Positions 7,390-17,221 are shown, numbered from the stretch's first letter. The stretch: DNA of 24,955 bases from a virus (IMGVR_UViG_3300049014_000001:1-24955); one strand, 5' to 3'. Notes: generated by a model not told the origin, from the letters alone. Program-made: numbers and translations.

Positions 7390-9260
7390 TACCAAATTCC
7401 CAAACGAACACGGAGCGTACCTGCACTGTCATACACGTTCACACCATTCTGATTAATAACCGTACGCTGTCCAGATGATCCAGACTGAATCGTACCCGAA
7501 GTAATTGTTCCAAGCGTTCCGTTAGGAGCATTCAATGTTCCAGAGAACGAACCACTTGTTGCTGTAATAGCTCCAGTGAATGAAGCATTACCGTTGACGA
7601 TGCTGAAGCCCGGTGCATATACATTGCCACCAGCTTCCACTTGGAAGTACTTGTTATCGTTCGCATTACCAATCAACAATCCGCTTGATCCAAGATAGAA
7701 TCCACTTTGTCCTGAAGCTGGCCAAGCGTATCCAGTGAATGATCCTCCCATCACAGCGCCACGAGCCGTTAGCTGGTTAATGTAGAGATTACCTGTACGC
7801 TGCAAATACCAGCCAGTTGCACCTACACCAGTCCCACCACTCCAGTTGGTAGAGAACAAATCTCCACCGAATTGCGTATTACCAATCGCTCCTGCTTGAA
7901 CCCAATTGCCTACGTTGGTCGTCGTAATCTGCGTAGATGCACTACTCTGAATCAGAATGTTACCGCCAGAATCACGAACGGTAAGTGCCTTCATCGTTGC
8001 GTTACCGTTATTATCTACAGTGAAGTTACCGTTCGCACTGCTGATCGTTCCCGATACATTCAATGTACCAGTGTCCGTAGCAATCGCAGACAAGTTACCG
8101 ACACGCAAAGCACTCAGGTAAGGCAAGCCCCACACTGTCTGATTCGATACAGAGTTCCAAATACCGTTACTCTGGAACACAGATTGTCCAGCAGCCGCAG
8201 TTGGTGGAGTAGATTGCCAAGCTCGTGTACTTCCCCAGTCGCCATTCGCAGGAAGTGCTGTACCACTCTTCGTAATCGAAGCTGGTGTGCTGTTCAACGA
8301 GTTACCATCAACCAGTACATAAGCGATGGCAGCGTTATTACCGTTCGTAGCCACATACCCAATACCTGTGCGTGTAGCAGTAGTCCAGTCAATCGATGTA
8401 GTTGCTGCACCTGTCGAATCCACCAGAGCCACAGTTGCTTCGTAAAGCGTGTAGCCAAGTGCTGGAGCATCCGTCTTACTTGCTGTCCAGCCTGTTGCAG
8501 GAGGATTATCGTATGTTCCAGAACTCCAAGTCCAAGTCGCTGTACCTGTCGTTGTTGGTGCAGGGCCAGTAGACCACTGGTAGGCCCTCGCAATGGCCTG
8601 TTTAGCGCCTGCTACGCCGTTTTGAGAGATGGCAGCTACCGTGGCACCAGCAGAGTACGTTACGGTCGTTGTAGGCGTTCCTGCTGGTGCTGTGATAGGC
8701 TTCGTAGCTGTCCACAGCTTAATCCCCGATGTACCCGGATTGGTTGGCACTGTAATGAACCATCCATCGCTTCCAAGGTAGGATGTATTAGCCGCACTCG
8801 CCCATGTAAAGGTTGATGATCCTGATGGCAAGCTTGGCTCTACAGTGCTCCACTTATAAAGAGTGGCCACAGCGAACATATCACCGTCAGCGCCAGTTTC
8901 ACCAGCTACACCATCCTCTACCTTAGCAATTTGGATCGATGCGTTATATGTCTGTCCCAAGAAGTTCACCGAAGCTGACACAGTGACATTATCCACTGGC
9001 ATATCAGTAAAGTTCAGGGTACGAGTGTTACCTGTTCCTGTCAGCGTACCAGCAGAAATACTCCATGAGGCTTCAATCCCTGTCATGTTCACAGGGTTAG
9101 CTGTGATGGTAATGACAGAAGGAGTTGGCGTACCACTCGTTGAGACGTGGAACACTGGCGTCGATGGAGTCAGCGTCAAGTACTTCCCTGCTGTAGGGTC
9201 AACGTCACGAACTGACGCTGCTTGCAGGATATTATCCCTGTCGTTTTGAATAGTCGCCAT
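7389..9260 (-). CDS. Central tail fibre, gpJ C-terminal-like protein
   Basis: 623 aa. Ig-like N-terminal region, repeated Trp/Thr-rich modules, a beta-helix-like stretch, and the gpJ-type C-terminus GVNVYDSAGTLRVRLGIW. SD AAGGA. Confidence 0.7.
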   Translation of the reverse strand: MATIQNDRDNILQAASVRDVDPTAGKYLTLTPSTPVFHVSTSGTPTPSVITITANPVNMTGIEASWSISAGTLTGTGNTRTLNFTDMPVDNVTVSASVNFLGQTYNASIQIAKVEDGVAGETGADGDMFAVATLYKWSTVEPSLPSGSSTFTWASAANTSYLGSDGWFITVPTNPGTSGIKLWTATKPITAPAGTPTTTVTYSAGATVAAISQNGVAGAKQAIARAYQWSTGPAPTTTGTATWTWSSGTYDNPPATGWTASKTDAPALGYTLYEATVALVDSTGAATTSIDWTTATRTGIGYVATNGNNAAIAYVLVDGNSLNSTPASITKSGTALPANGDWGSTRAWQSTPPTAAAGQSVFQSNGIWNSVSNQTVWGLPYLSALRVGNLSAIATDTGTLNVSGTISSANGNFTVDNNGNATMKALTVRDSGGNILIQSSASTQITTTNVGNWVQAGAIGNTQFGGDLFSTNWSGGTGVGATGWYLQRTGNLYINQLTARGAVMGGSFTGYAWPASGQSGFYLGSSGLLIGNANDNKYFQVEAGGNVYAPGFSIVNGNASFTGAITATSGSFSGTLNAPNGTLGTITSGTIQSGSSGQRTVINQNGVNVYDSAGTLRVRLGIW

Positions 9261-9269
9261 TGCTTTCCT

Positions 9270-10739
9270 TTATACGAGCACTCCAACTGTGACACGACCT
9301 GTCAACCAGTTCGGAGCAAGTGATACTACGATCCCTGTCTTACCATTCTGAAGACCGAAGCGTTTATTTGTAATTGTTGCTGCCATTCCCAGTTCAAGCG
9401 ATGCAAGCAAGTCAGCAGTGCCTTCAAATGTGAACACAGTACGTGGCACACTCCAGATATCAAGACGACGCTGAGCTTCAGGCTGAGCATCCGTACGCTT
9501 ACACAACAGCGTATCGATTTGTGGAGGTGCAGAATTCAGTTTGTAGTCAGCTTGCACAGATGTTGAAGCTGCTGTAGCAGTGAGCCATTCCATTGCGAAC
9601 AATGTCTTGTGTGCTTCTGGAATCGAAGTAAGCAAACCTTCCTGCACAGTGTAGTTCTTATTGAATCCCAACATCACCGCACCCTTTACGAAAGGACGGC
9701 TGCTGATTTTCAACGAGCGCTCTACCATCTGCTCTGGGCCGATAGCCACTGGCGTACCTGTACCCGGAATTTGAATCTGGATCAAACGAAGCTTCCCTAG
9801 GCGAGACATCACTAGTTGTGCATCAACGCTTGCAGCAAGTTGCTGGCAAAGATCAAGCACGTTTGTTCGTCCATCTGCGTACACACCAACAGGTTGCGGA
9901 TGTGCTGTATCAAATGCCGAGAAATTAGCTGCATCGATGTCTGACGAATCAAATCTGTCAGACGCCTTGCCATAACCTGTCACGATGCGTTCAACGAGAG
10001 AGGCGATTGTGTTTCTATATGTTCCACCGAACTTGTCTCCCTGAATGGAAGCCGTAATGGCTCCAGCAGATGGACGGTTCAATGTGAATTTTCCAGTTCC
10101 TAGTGTGGCAGTAATACCTACAGGCTTACCGTTATCTCGTACTTCAATCACACGTTCAATTGCGCTATCATGCACCTGATATTCAAGCGTTACAGCGTTT
10201 GTCAGTTGTGGAGTTACGTTGTGTACTTCGCCAAACGACAGACTCACTACGTCATCGTTATTTGCGTCACTACCACCAATCTTTGTATCAGTAACCGGAG
10301 TGTTTAGTCGTTGCAGTTTGTCACGCAACGTCAAGTTCAATACATCACGGCTCTTGCTGCCAATCGTAGCAACGATACCGTTGAAAATCATTTGGAAATC
10401 TGCTCTCGCCCAACGAGGATCACCGATCCAAGCTTTGATTGAGTGATTGTCCCAGATGTCATCTAGCCATGCATCGCGTTCACCGTTGTAGTTGGCGATT
10501 TCGATGTCACCAGCGTTAAAGCTTCCTTGCCCTTCAAGGTCAAGTTGTTCAGTAAATTGTAGTCCTGTCGTAACAACAGGAAGATAGAATTGGTTAGCTG
10601 GGCTGTCAGTTGGCGATGTCACGTAAGGTTTCGTAGACAAATACCGGGTCGTTTCCAACCCGGCAGTCTTCACGCCTACTTCAATCAGCACGATCCTGAC
10701 AGCAGCCGGGTCTTTCAACCAAGCTGCGTAGTCAATCAT
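9270..10739 (-). CDS. Tail tip hub/Tal-like protein
   Basis: 489 aa, directly after the TMP. Patterns IFNGIV...LNLTLRD, LCQQLAASVDAQLVMSRLGKLRL and LELGMAATIT are typical of hub-domain tail proteins. Confidence 0.65.
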   Translation of the reverse strand: MIDYAAWLKDPAAVRIVLIEVGVKTAGLETTRYLSTKPYVTSPTDSPANQFYLPVVTTGLQFTEQLDLEGQGSFNAGDIEIANYNGERDAWLDDIWDNHSIKAWIGDPRWARADFQMIFNGIVATIGSKSRDVLNLTLRDKLQRLNTPVTDTKIGGSDANNDDVVSLSFGEVHNVTPQLTNAVTLEYQVHDSAIERVIEVRDNGKPVGITATLGTGKFTLNRPSAGAITASIQGDKFGGTYRNTIASLVERIVTGYGKASDRFDSSDIDAANFSAFDTAHPQPVGVYADGRTNVLDLCQQLAASVDAQLVMSRLGKLRLIQIQIPGTGTPVAIGPEQMVERSLKISSRPFVKGAVMLGFNKNYTVQEGLLTSIPEAHKTLFAMEWLTATAASTSVQADYKLNSAPPQIDTLLCKRTDAQPEAQRRLDIWSVPRTVFTFEGTADLLASLELGMAATITNKRFGLQNGKTGIVVSLAPNWLTGRVTVGVLV

Positions 10740-10745
10740 CAGGAA

Positions 10746-13700
10746 TTACCTTTCATAGTCTAGTAGTTTGCCGGTTTTGTCTGCCCACACCGTACCTGTT
10801 GTAGAGGTTACTACGGCATCAGCAATCTTATCGGCACCAGCAGTTTGAGAGTTGTACACAACAGCCATCAGGTCTTCCATCTGCTTAGCATGTGCAGCGT
10901 TGGCTTCCGCCAGCTCTGTACGTAGCTTAGTGATTTCAGCTTCCAATGCAGCGGTATCAACGTTCACTGTAGCGTTCGGTGCAGTTGGAGCTGCTACGCC
11001 CGTTGCCAGTGTGTTTTGAATACCTTGTGCAGTAGTGTTCAACGCGTTCAACAAGGTCACTTGATCCTGCAATGCTTTCAACTGCGCTTCCGCGTTGGTC
11101 AGTTGCGTTTCAGTTGCAGAACTCAGTTTGGCAATGTCTGCCATAACCGTGTTGTAAGTATCTGTGTAGCCTTGTGAGCTAGCGTTGATTACGCGAGATG
11201 CGTCAAGGAATGCCTGAGCAATACCTGTGAAGTCATCTTTTGCTTTCTGGTCGCCAGCCAATGCCTTAGCTACTGTGTCGTCGTATTGACGCTTAGCTTC
11301 CAGATACTTTTCGGTAGGTGTTAGGATGGATGATCCACCAAGAGCCAACGAGTTCTTGAAGTCTTTCAACGTGTCCAAGAATTGCTTCAAGGCTTCGATT
11401 GTAGACTTCACAGTGTTTGTCTGGGTTTCTCGTGCATCTTCCGCTGCGTCTGTAGCTTTGGCATAAGCATCAGCCAGAGCCAACAGTTGTCCGGTAAGTT
11501 TAGCGTTTTCAGCCGTACCCATTCCGGTTTGCTCAATAAGAGCACGCAGTGCTGCTTTATTAGCTGGAAGTGCAAGTCCGAGTTTGTTGAACTCGTCAGT
11601 TACAGATTTCAGCATTATAGCAGACTTTTCCTGTTCTGTAAAGTATTTGTCTTGGTAAGTAGACAGTGCGCTACTTAGCTTCGTAATACCTCCAGCACCC
11701 TTCACCGCATTGATGTCCAACTTGTTCCCTTGCAATCCAAGCAGGTTCATCTGCTTACGGATATCTACCAACTGCTGGTAGGTCTTTACAAGGTCATCCA
11801 ACGTCCCGCCCAAGCCCTTCAGCATTTCGTTAATGCCACTGTTTCCTTCTGCCATAGCGATAGTCTGCTTAGCGATTTCAACAGCCACATCTCCTTGCTT
11901 GTACAGCACTTGAGTGTAGTCGATGGCTTTAAGTCCAAGCTGCTCCATTGCTAGTCCAGCTTGTTCCTGTGCCGAAGCAACACGGATAACCGTTTGTGCG
12001 TATCCTTCTCCAACCTGACGGAAGGCATCCATTTGTGGGAAAGCTGCCATAGCAATTTCATCCATTGCTTTGCTCATCACAGCGTTAATAGCTGCCGTGA
12101 TTTCTTCACCCTTCAGACCCTTCAACGATACGTTGGTAGTTGACAGCACCAAGTTGTTGATTGATTTCTCAACGTCCGATGCGTTCTTTCCAAGCCCTGT
12201 AGCCGCTAGCTTCAGCGTGTCTTCAAGGTTAGAGAACACCAAGGCAAATTGAGACGACAATTCGTTGTTCAGTCCTTGTGTCACCACTTGGTTAGAAGTG
12301 CTCTTCGACAGACCGAAGTACTTCTTCTTCGTTGTGTTAACCGAAGCGTACTGGTTGAATCCAGCACCACCTTGCAGATCGCTTACACGTCCTCCGAACT
12401 GCAAACCGGAGTCGATGATTTCCTGCTTAGTGCTTCCCCACAGCGAACTTACCTTGCTCATGATTCCACCGATGATTCCGCCAACTACAGGAATCGCTTC
12501 ACCAAGAGCTTTTGTGATGCCTACAGACACACCTAGCAAACCTGTTTCACCAGAAGACAACTTACCTGTCTTGATTCCCATGTTCGTACCTTCGGTGATA
12601 CCTTCAGTACGGATAACAAGGTTAGTCAATCCAGTCATCGACGCTTCGATGTTACGCAGAGATGCAAGCATACCTTCAGTCAATGGCAGCATCACGTCGG
12701 AGTTCGACTTCAGCAAGTCCAGAGACTTAGTAATGCTTTCAGACTTCTTAGTGCTGTCACCAAATACGGTTCCAGTTCCTTGAGTCTTCTGAGCTTCAGC
12801 AGCACCTACGCCACCACCTGTACCACCTTTGTGACCAAGCGATGCCAGAACAACACCCATCGCAGCAACACCAGCAAAACCAGCCCAGCCAGATTGTGCG
12901 AAGAACTGTGCGGCACCAGCAATGATCGAAGCAGTAGTTTGGATAGCTGTACGAGCCATCTGCGCAATGTGGAACGCTTGCGAGATAGTGTTCAGAATCT
13001 TGTAACCCTTCGATTGTTTGTCGAAGAATCCAGATGCTGCACCAGCCATATCACCATATTGCTTCATACGGTCTTCAAACGAATCGTTTTCTGAGTAACG
13101 GATTTCGTTCACAGCTTCGTTCACTTTACCAAGAGCTTCACCATACTTGCCGAATGCTCCTGTCAAAGATGACGTGATTGTCTCTCCTACTTCAATCCAC
13201 ATCGTCTTCTGTTTGTCAGCCATCGAAGCCAACTCTTTGTTAGCATCGTTCAAAGCCTTAACAGCTTCAGGCTTACCACCCTTAGCATCAACAGCCAGCT
13301 TGTCACGTTGTACCAAAGCTTTTTTCAAAGCCGCTTCGTACTTCTTCGTAGACTCTGTAGCAGCATCCATCAAACTAGATGCGCTTGCACCGTAGGCTTC
13401 AGACTTCATGCCCTTCAACGATCCCTGCACTTCAGACAGCGCAGCGTTGAATGCAATAGTGTCTTCCTTCAGTTGAGCCGATCCTTCAGCAGCTACACGC
13501 ACTTCATCAAGTTTCGCACGCATCTCTTCCCAGATTCCACCAGAGCGTGCAGCTTCAGCAGCGATTTGGTCAAACACTACTTTGCTTTCTTGGCTCCAGC
13601 GTTCTTTAGCTGCTTCTACGTATTTGCCTTCGTCTTCAAGAGCCTTCACCTTCAGTGCAGTCAGTTGAGCCTGAGCTTCACGTTCAGCTTGAACGCGTGC

Positions 13701-16175
13701 TTGTGTATGCATTCTGTCAGCTTGTGCTAGCTCTTCTGATGCACGGTCAGATTGTCCTTCGAAACGTGTTGCATCTGCCGACTTACCTTTGCTATTAGCG
13801 AATGCCATAGCTTCAGCAGCTTTCTTAGCAACTTTGTCGTACGTGTCGATTTCTTTCTGAGCTACGGAATCAATCAGTTCAAGTTTGCCGATTTCTCCAG
13901 AACGGAAGCGTCCATTTTGCAGCTCACGGAAGTTTGCCAGTTCTTGGTATGCAGACTTGATCGAGTTTTGATACTCTTGAAGGTCAGAGGCATACTTGTC
14001 GTTTTCTCCTGCTTTATCTCCCTTTACTGGAAGCATCCCAGTCCCAGTAGACAGAACAGTCTTCTTAGCATCTGCGTCAGCCAGCACTGCATTCTGCTTA
14101 CGAAGCTCGATAAGCTTTTCTGTTGCACGACGTGTCACGTTCACTTGGTTAGCGTGCTGATCCATTGCACGGGTATATTCTTGTTCCTGCTTGATGAAAG
14201 ACTCAATCTTAGAAGAAACCATACCTGTCCAAGTTCCTTGTTTCACAAGGCCAAGAACCAACTTCTCGTGAACGCTCAAAGCTTTTTCATCAGCTTCCAT
14301 CTTAGCCTTCATTGCATCAAGGCCACGCTGTGAATTACGAATCGCTTGATCGGCAGCATCCTTGTCGGCCTGCATCTGCTCTTCACGATCCATATCCGCT
14401 TGAGTTTTTCCAGCCTTACGCATTGCTAGGATACGTTGCTCTTTTTCAGCAGCCTTAACAATACCATCGTTGTATTCGTTAAGGTTTGCAGCGGCAGCTT
14501 GGTTGTTCAGTGCATCATCTTGCGCACGCTTGTACAGATACCATGCGGTAGTCAGTGCAGCGATTGTGATACCAATAGGGCCAAGTGCGGCACTCAGTCC
14601 AAGGGCTGCAACACGTGCCATAGTCAAACCTGTGGCAATAGATTGAAGCGCTGGATAAATTGCAGCCAAACGCATAGCACCCCACCAAGCAGCAGCCAAA
14701 GTAGCTAGAGCACTAGCATTCTCAACTACGAACTTAGTGATGTTTGCGATAGCTGTAGCAACAGCAACCAGTGCAGCTTTAAACTCTGGCGAAGCAAATG
14801 CAGCCTTCAGAGAACGAGCTACTTGTCCAATCTGTGGAGAGATTTCCTTGAACACTTCAGTGAACGTCGATTGAAGCGTGTTACCTACAGATTTCAATTG
14901 ATTGCTTGTGGTTTGAGCCATCGCAATAGCAGCCAGCGTCGAGAACGCAGCAGCTTTGTCAATCTTGTCTGCCATCTCTTCAAGCTTGCTGTTGTACTTG
15001 TTTCCAAGTGCATCAAATTCATCAGAAGCAGTGTTTAGAAGTTTGCTCAACACAGCAAATTCACGAACACCCTGTTGACTGAACATCTTAACTTCAGCCA
15101 GTTTTTTCTGTGTTTGATTTAGGCGGTTGAATCCTTCATCCAGAGTCTTTACGACATCCAGAAGTGGTCGGAACTTACCTGTGTTTTCATCACGGAAGCT
15201 GGCGATAGTTAGTCCCATTGCCCTAAGCGTTCCAGTGACCTTTTCAGTCGATGCAGACAAGTCCTTGTAGAAGTTCTTCAAGGCTGTACCAGCGGAAGTA
15301 CCTTGGATACCCAAGTTAGCAACAGCAGCAAGACCAAGCGCAATATCTTGTAGCGATGCACCGTACACTTCACCAACAGCAGCCGCCGATTTGAAAGCAT
15401 TGGAAATGCTATCAACACTCGACATAGACACAGCAGCAGTTTTAGCAATAACGTCACCAACGTGATCGAAGTCACGTGCTGTGTATCCAAGCGCAGTACT
15501 TACCTGCACAAGAGTTTCAGCAGACTTCTCTACGCTTACGCCACCAGCTACGGACAGGTTCAGAGCTGCCTGAACACCGCTCATTGCCTGCTTAGCATTC
15601 AGACCTGCCAAGGTAAGAACTTGCAATGCTTCAGCAACTTCTTTAGGCCCTTGAGTCCCTTTGCCAAGTTCGGTAACAGCTACAGCCATCTTATCGATTT
15701 CTGCTGTAGAAGCTTCACCCAACACACGGATGCTTTCCAGTGTGTGTTCAACATCTTTTCCTGTCGTTACAATGCCCTTCAGAGACGCACCAAGAGCAAT
15801 ACCTACACCCATACCAGCAAGGTTGCCGTAAGTGACCCAAAGCATTCCTAGTGAGCCTGACAGGCCACGAGCAAGAGCGTGGGCTTCACGCATAACCTCG
15901 TTATTCGTACGAGTGGAAGCTGTAGCACGAGTCTGGGACGCAGTTAGACGCTCCATAACAGCCGTCAAAGCTGTGATAGAGGAAACAAGCGCAGCAGCGT
16001 TAGCTACTCCACCTGTCAATGTTCCATTTACTCCGACAACTGCCGTACCGAGCTTCTTTACAGCTACCTCGGCCTTATCGGAAGCTGTAGCCAGTCTATC
16101 CAACTGATTTGCAGCAGTTTGAATACCCTGACTTTTTACTTCTACGATAAGCTGGCTAATATCTTGTGTTGCCAT
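10746..16175 (-). CDS. Tape measure protein (TP901-type core)
   Basis: 1809 aa, Ala/Leu-rich helical sequence. PhageMin_Tail-like core (EVAEALQVLTLAGL...DVIAKTA...AGTALKNF) and hydrophobic segments. Directly follows the chaperone genes. Confidence 0.95.
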   Translation of the reverse strand: MATQDISQLIVEVKSQGIQTAANQLDRLATASDKAEVAVKKLGTAVVGVNGTLTGGVANAAALVSSITALTAVMERLTASQTRATASTRTNNEVMREAHALARGLSGSLGMLWVTYGNLAGMGVGIALGASLKGIVTTGKDVEHTLESIRVLGEASTAEIDKMAVAVTELGKGTQGPKEVAEALQVLTLAGLNAKQAMSGVQAALNLSVAGGVSVEKSAETLVQVSTALGYTARDFDHVGDVIAKTAAVSMSSVDSISNAFKSAAAVGEVYGASLQDIALGLAAVANLGIQGTSAGTALKNFYKDLSASTEKVTGTLRAMGLTIASFRDENTGKFRPLLDVVKTLDEGFNRLNQTQKKLAEVKMFSQQGVREFAVLSKLLNTASDEFDALGNKYNSKLEEMADKIDKAAAFSTLAAIAMAQTTSNQLKSVGNTLQSTFTEVFKEISPQIGQVARSLKAAFASPEFKAALVAVATAIANITKFVVENASALATLAAAWWGAMRLAAIYPALQSIATGLTMARVAALGLSAALGPIGITIAALTTAWYLYKRAQDDALNNQAAAANLNEYNDGIVKAAEKEQRILAMRKAGKTQADMDREEQMQADKDAADQAIRNSQRGLDAMKAKMEADEKALSVHEKLVLGLVKQGTWTGMVSSKIESFIKQEQEYTRAMDQHANQVNVTRRATEKLIELRKQNAVLADADAKKTVLSTGTGMLPVKGDKAGENDKYASDLQEYQNSIKSAYQELANFRELQNGRFRSGEIGKLELIDSVAQKEIDTYDKVAKKAAEAMAFANSKGKSADATRFEGQSDRASEELAQADRMHTQARVQAEREAQAQLTALKVKALEDEGKYVEAAKERWSQESKVVFDQIAAEAARSGGIWEEMRAKLDEVRVAAEGSAQLKEDTIAFNAALSEVQGSLKGMKSEAYGASASSLMDAATESTKKYEAALKKALVQRDKLAVDAKGGKPEAVKALNDANKELASMADKQKTMWIEVGETITSSLTGAFGKYGEALGKVNEAVNEIRYSENDSFEDRMKQYGDMAGAASGFFDKQSKGYKILNTISQAFHIAQMARTAIQTTASIIAGAAQFFAQSGWAGFAGVAAMGVVLASLGHKGGTGGGVGAAEAQKTQGTGTVFGDSTKKSESITKSLDLLKSNSDVMLPLTEGMLASLRNIEASMTGLTNLVIRTEGITEGTNMGIKTGKLSSGETGLLGVSVGITKALGEAIPVVGGIIGGIMSKVSSLWGSTKQEIIDSGLQFGGRVSDLQGGAGFNQYASVNTTKKKYFGLSKSTSNQVVTQGLNNELSSQFALVFSNLEDTLKLAATGLGKNASDVEKSINNLVLSTTNVSLKGLKGEEITAAINAVMSKAMDEIAMAAFPQMDAFRQVGEGYAQTVIRVASAQEQAGLAMEQLGLKAIDYTQVLYKQGDVAVEIAKQTIAMAEGNSGINEMLKGLGGTLDDLVKTYQQLVDIRKQMNLLGLQGNKLDINAVKGAGGITKLSSALSTYQDKYFTEQEKSAIMLKSVTDEFNKLGLALPANKAALRALIEQTGMGTAENAKLTGQLLALADAYAKATDAAEDARETQTNTVKSTIEALKQFLDTLKDFKNSLALGGSSILTPTEKYLEAKRQYDDTVAKALAGDQKAKDDFTGIAQAFLDASRVINASSQGYTDTYNTVMADIAKLSSATETQLTNAEAQLKALQDQVTLLNALNTTAQGIQNTLATGVAAPTAPNATVNVDTAALEAEITKLRTELAEANAAHAKQMEDLMAVVYNSQTAGADKIADAVVTSTTGTVWADKTGKLLDYER

Positions 16176-16192
16176 ACTCTTCCCTTATAAAA

Positions 16193-16753
16193 TTAATCTC
16201 TCTTTTGCGCTTTCATCATTGCTCCGAAAACGTCATCTACTTTTTCAGTGACCATTTCACGAACAACTTCATCCCTCTCAACGTCCCTTTCAACAGGTTT
16301 AACGTAAGGAGGCTTTGCATCTTTCTTTGAAGACTCGCTATATTGTCCTGCGTATGCTCTACTCAGGGAATAGATAGCCCTGTATTCTTTTGGACTTAGG
16401 ATGCCTACGTAATCATTGCATCTCGCCCAAGATTCAATTTCCGTCCATGTCAACCCGACCAAGCCCATACCGTTTGATCCAACAGTACCGGCAGAATGCA
16501 AAAGAGCCACGAGATACCCCGCTGCTTCCGATAGTTCGGGCATTGGAATTTCTCGCAGCTCTTGAATAGATGCCGTTGGCGTGTCGGGGATTTTGCCGTC
16601 TAAGGCTTCCCCGGAGTCGTCCAGCGAACTAACTACATCGCCTGTAGCAATTCGCCTTATTTGCTCCGCACGGCTAAGCTTTTGTCCTTCTGGCGTAGCG
16701 TTGTAATACGCTTCCTGTCTTACGTAAAGCTCAGCCTCTTCGACTATTACTTG
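16193..16753 (-). CDS. Tail assembly chaperone -1 frame extension (gpT-like part of a gpGT fusion, ~315 aa total)
   Basis: The annotated 116-aa ORF (16543-16193) is open for 70 more codons upstream (QVIVEEAELYVRQEAYYNATPEGQKLSRAEQ...), in the -1 frame relative to the chaperone and overlapping its last codons. No clear SD at 16543. Confidence 0.85.
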   Translation of the reverse strand, partial: QVIVEEAELYVRQEAYYNATPEGQKLSRAEQIRRIATGDVVSSLDDSGEALDGKIPDTPTASIQELREIPMPELSEAAGYLVALLHSAGTVGSNGMGLVGLTWTEIESWARCNDYVGILSPKEYRAIYSLSRAYAGQYSESSKKDAKPPYVKPVERDVERDEVVREMVTEKVDDVFGAMMKAQKRD

Positions 16754-17139
16754 AAAGACTCGACGTTGCCCAGAGTTTCGTCAATCTGAGTCTTGATGAA
16801 GCCCAGTTTGTCATCAGACAGCAAAGCACGGAACTGTGCGTCGGACTTGACAGGCTCACCGTCATACATCAGGTTTTCCGAATCCAGACAGATTGCTACC
16901 AGCAGTTCAACACCTTCTGCACGGCTTTCTTCAGCGGTTTTCTTTTTGTTGCCACGCTTGATGTCACGGTTAATCATGGCATTCACAGCAAGGCGGTACT
17001 CCCGAGAACCTTGGGATGCAACGGTAATCGTAACTGGCTTTTTACCTTCTGCATCAGCGAACAGAGGTTCCTGCGTGAATGGGTTAATCAGTTGGATAAC
17101 GGTAGAGTCTTTAATTGCTAGCGATTTTACGTCAAACAT
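16747..17139 (-). CDS. Tail assembly chaperone (gpG-like, 130 aa)
   Basis: Real start is probably ATG at 17139 (SD AAGGA, 7 nt spacing), not 17172. Lies between the tail tube and the TMP. Confidence 0.85.
   Translation of the reverse strand: MFDVKSLAIKDSTVIQLINPFTQEPLFADAEGKKPVTITVASQGSREYRLAVNAMINRDIKRGNKKKTAEESRAEGVELLVAICLDSENLMYDGEPVKSDAQFRALLSDDKLGFIKTQIDETLGNVESFK
16750..16758 (-). other. Candidate programmed -1 ribosomal frameshift site (TCT TTC AAG TAA TAG)
   Basis: The -1 frame is closed by TGA at 16783-16781, so any shift must occur in 16780-16747. T-TTC (Phe UUC to UUU) is the only plausible re-pairing I see. Confidence 0.55.
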
Positions 17140-17221
17140 GTTATATTCCTTATGTGTGGTAGGTTGCGGCACTTATTGCCTATTATTTCTACTTTCAGGC
17201 ATTCCTGCCTTTGTACCACCG

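Noticed and set aside
7872-8816. 314-aa plus-strand ORF antisense to the gpJ-like gene
   Set aside because: It is in exact codon register with the sense gene, so it stays open simply because TTA/CTA/TCA codons are rare. The Arg/Cys/Ser-rich product and lack of an SD fit a shadow ORF.
11382-16107. Many plus-strand ORFs inside the tape measure gene (and similar ones inside other genes)
   Set aside because: Shadow frames of a long coding sequence, with no SD, no recognisable motifs and implausible composition.
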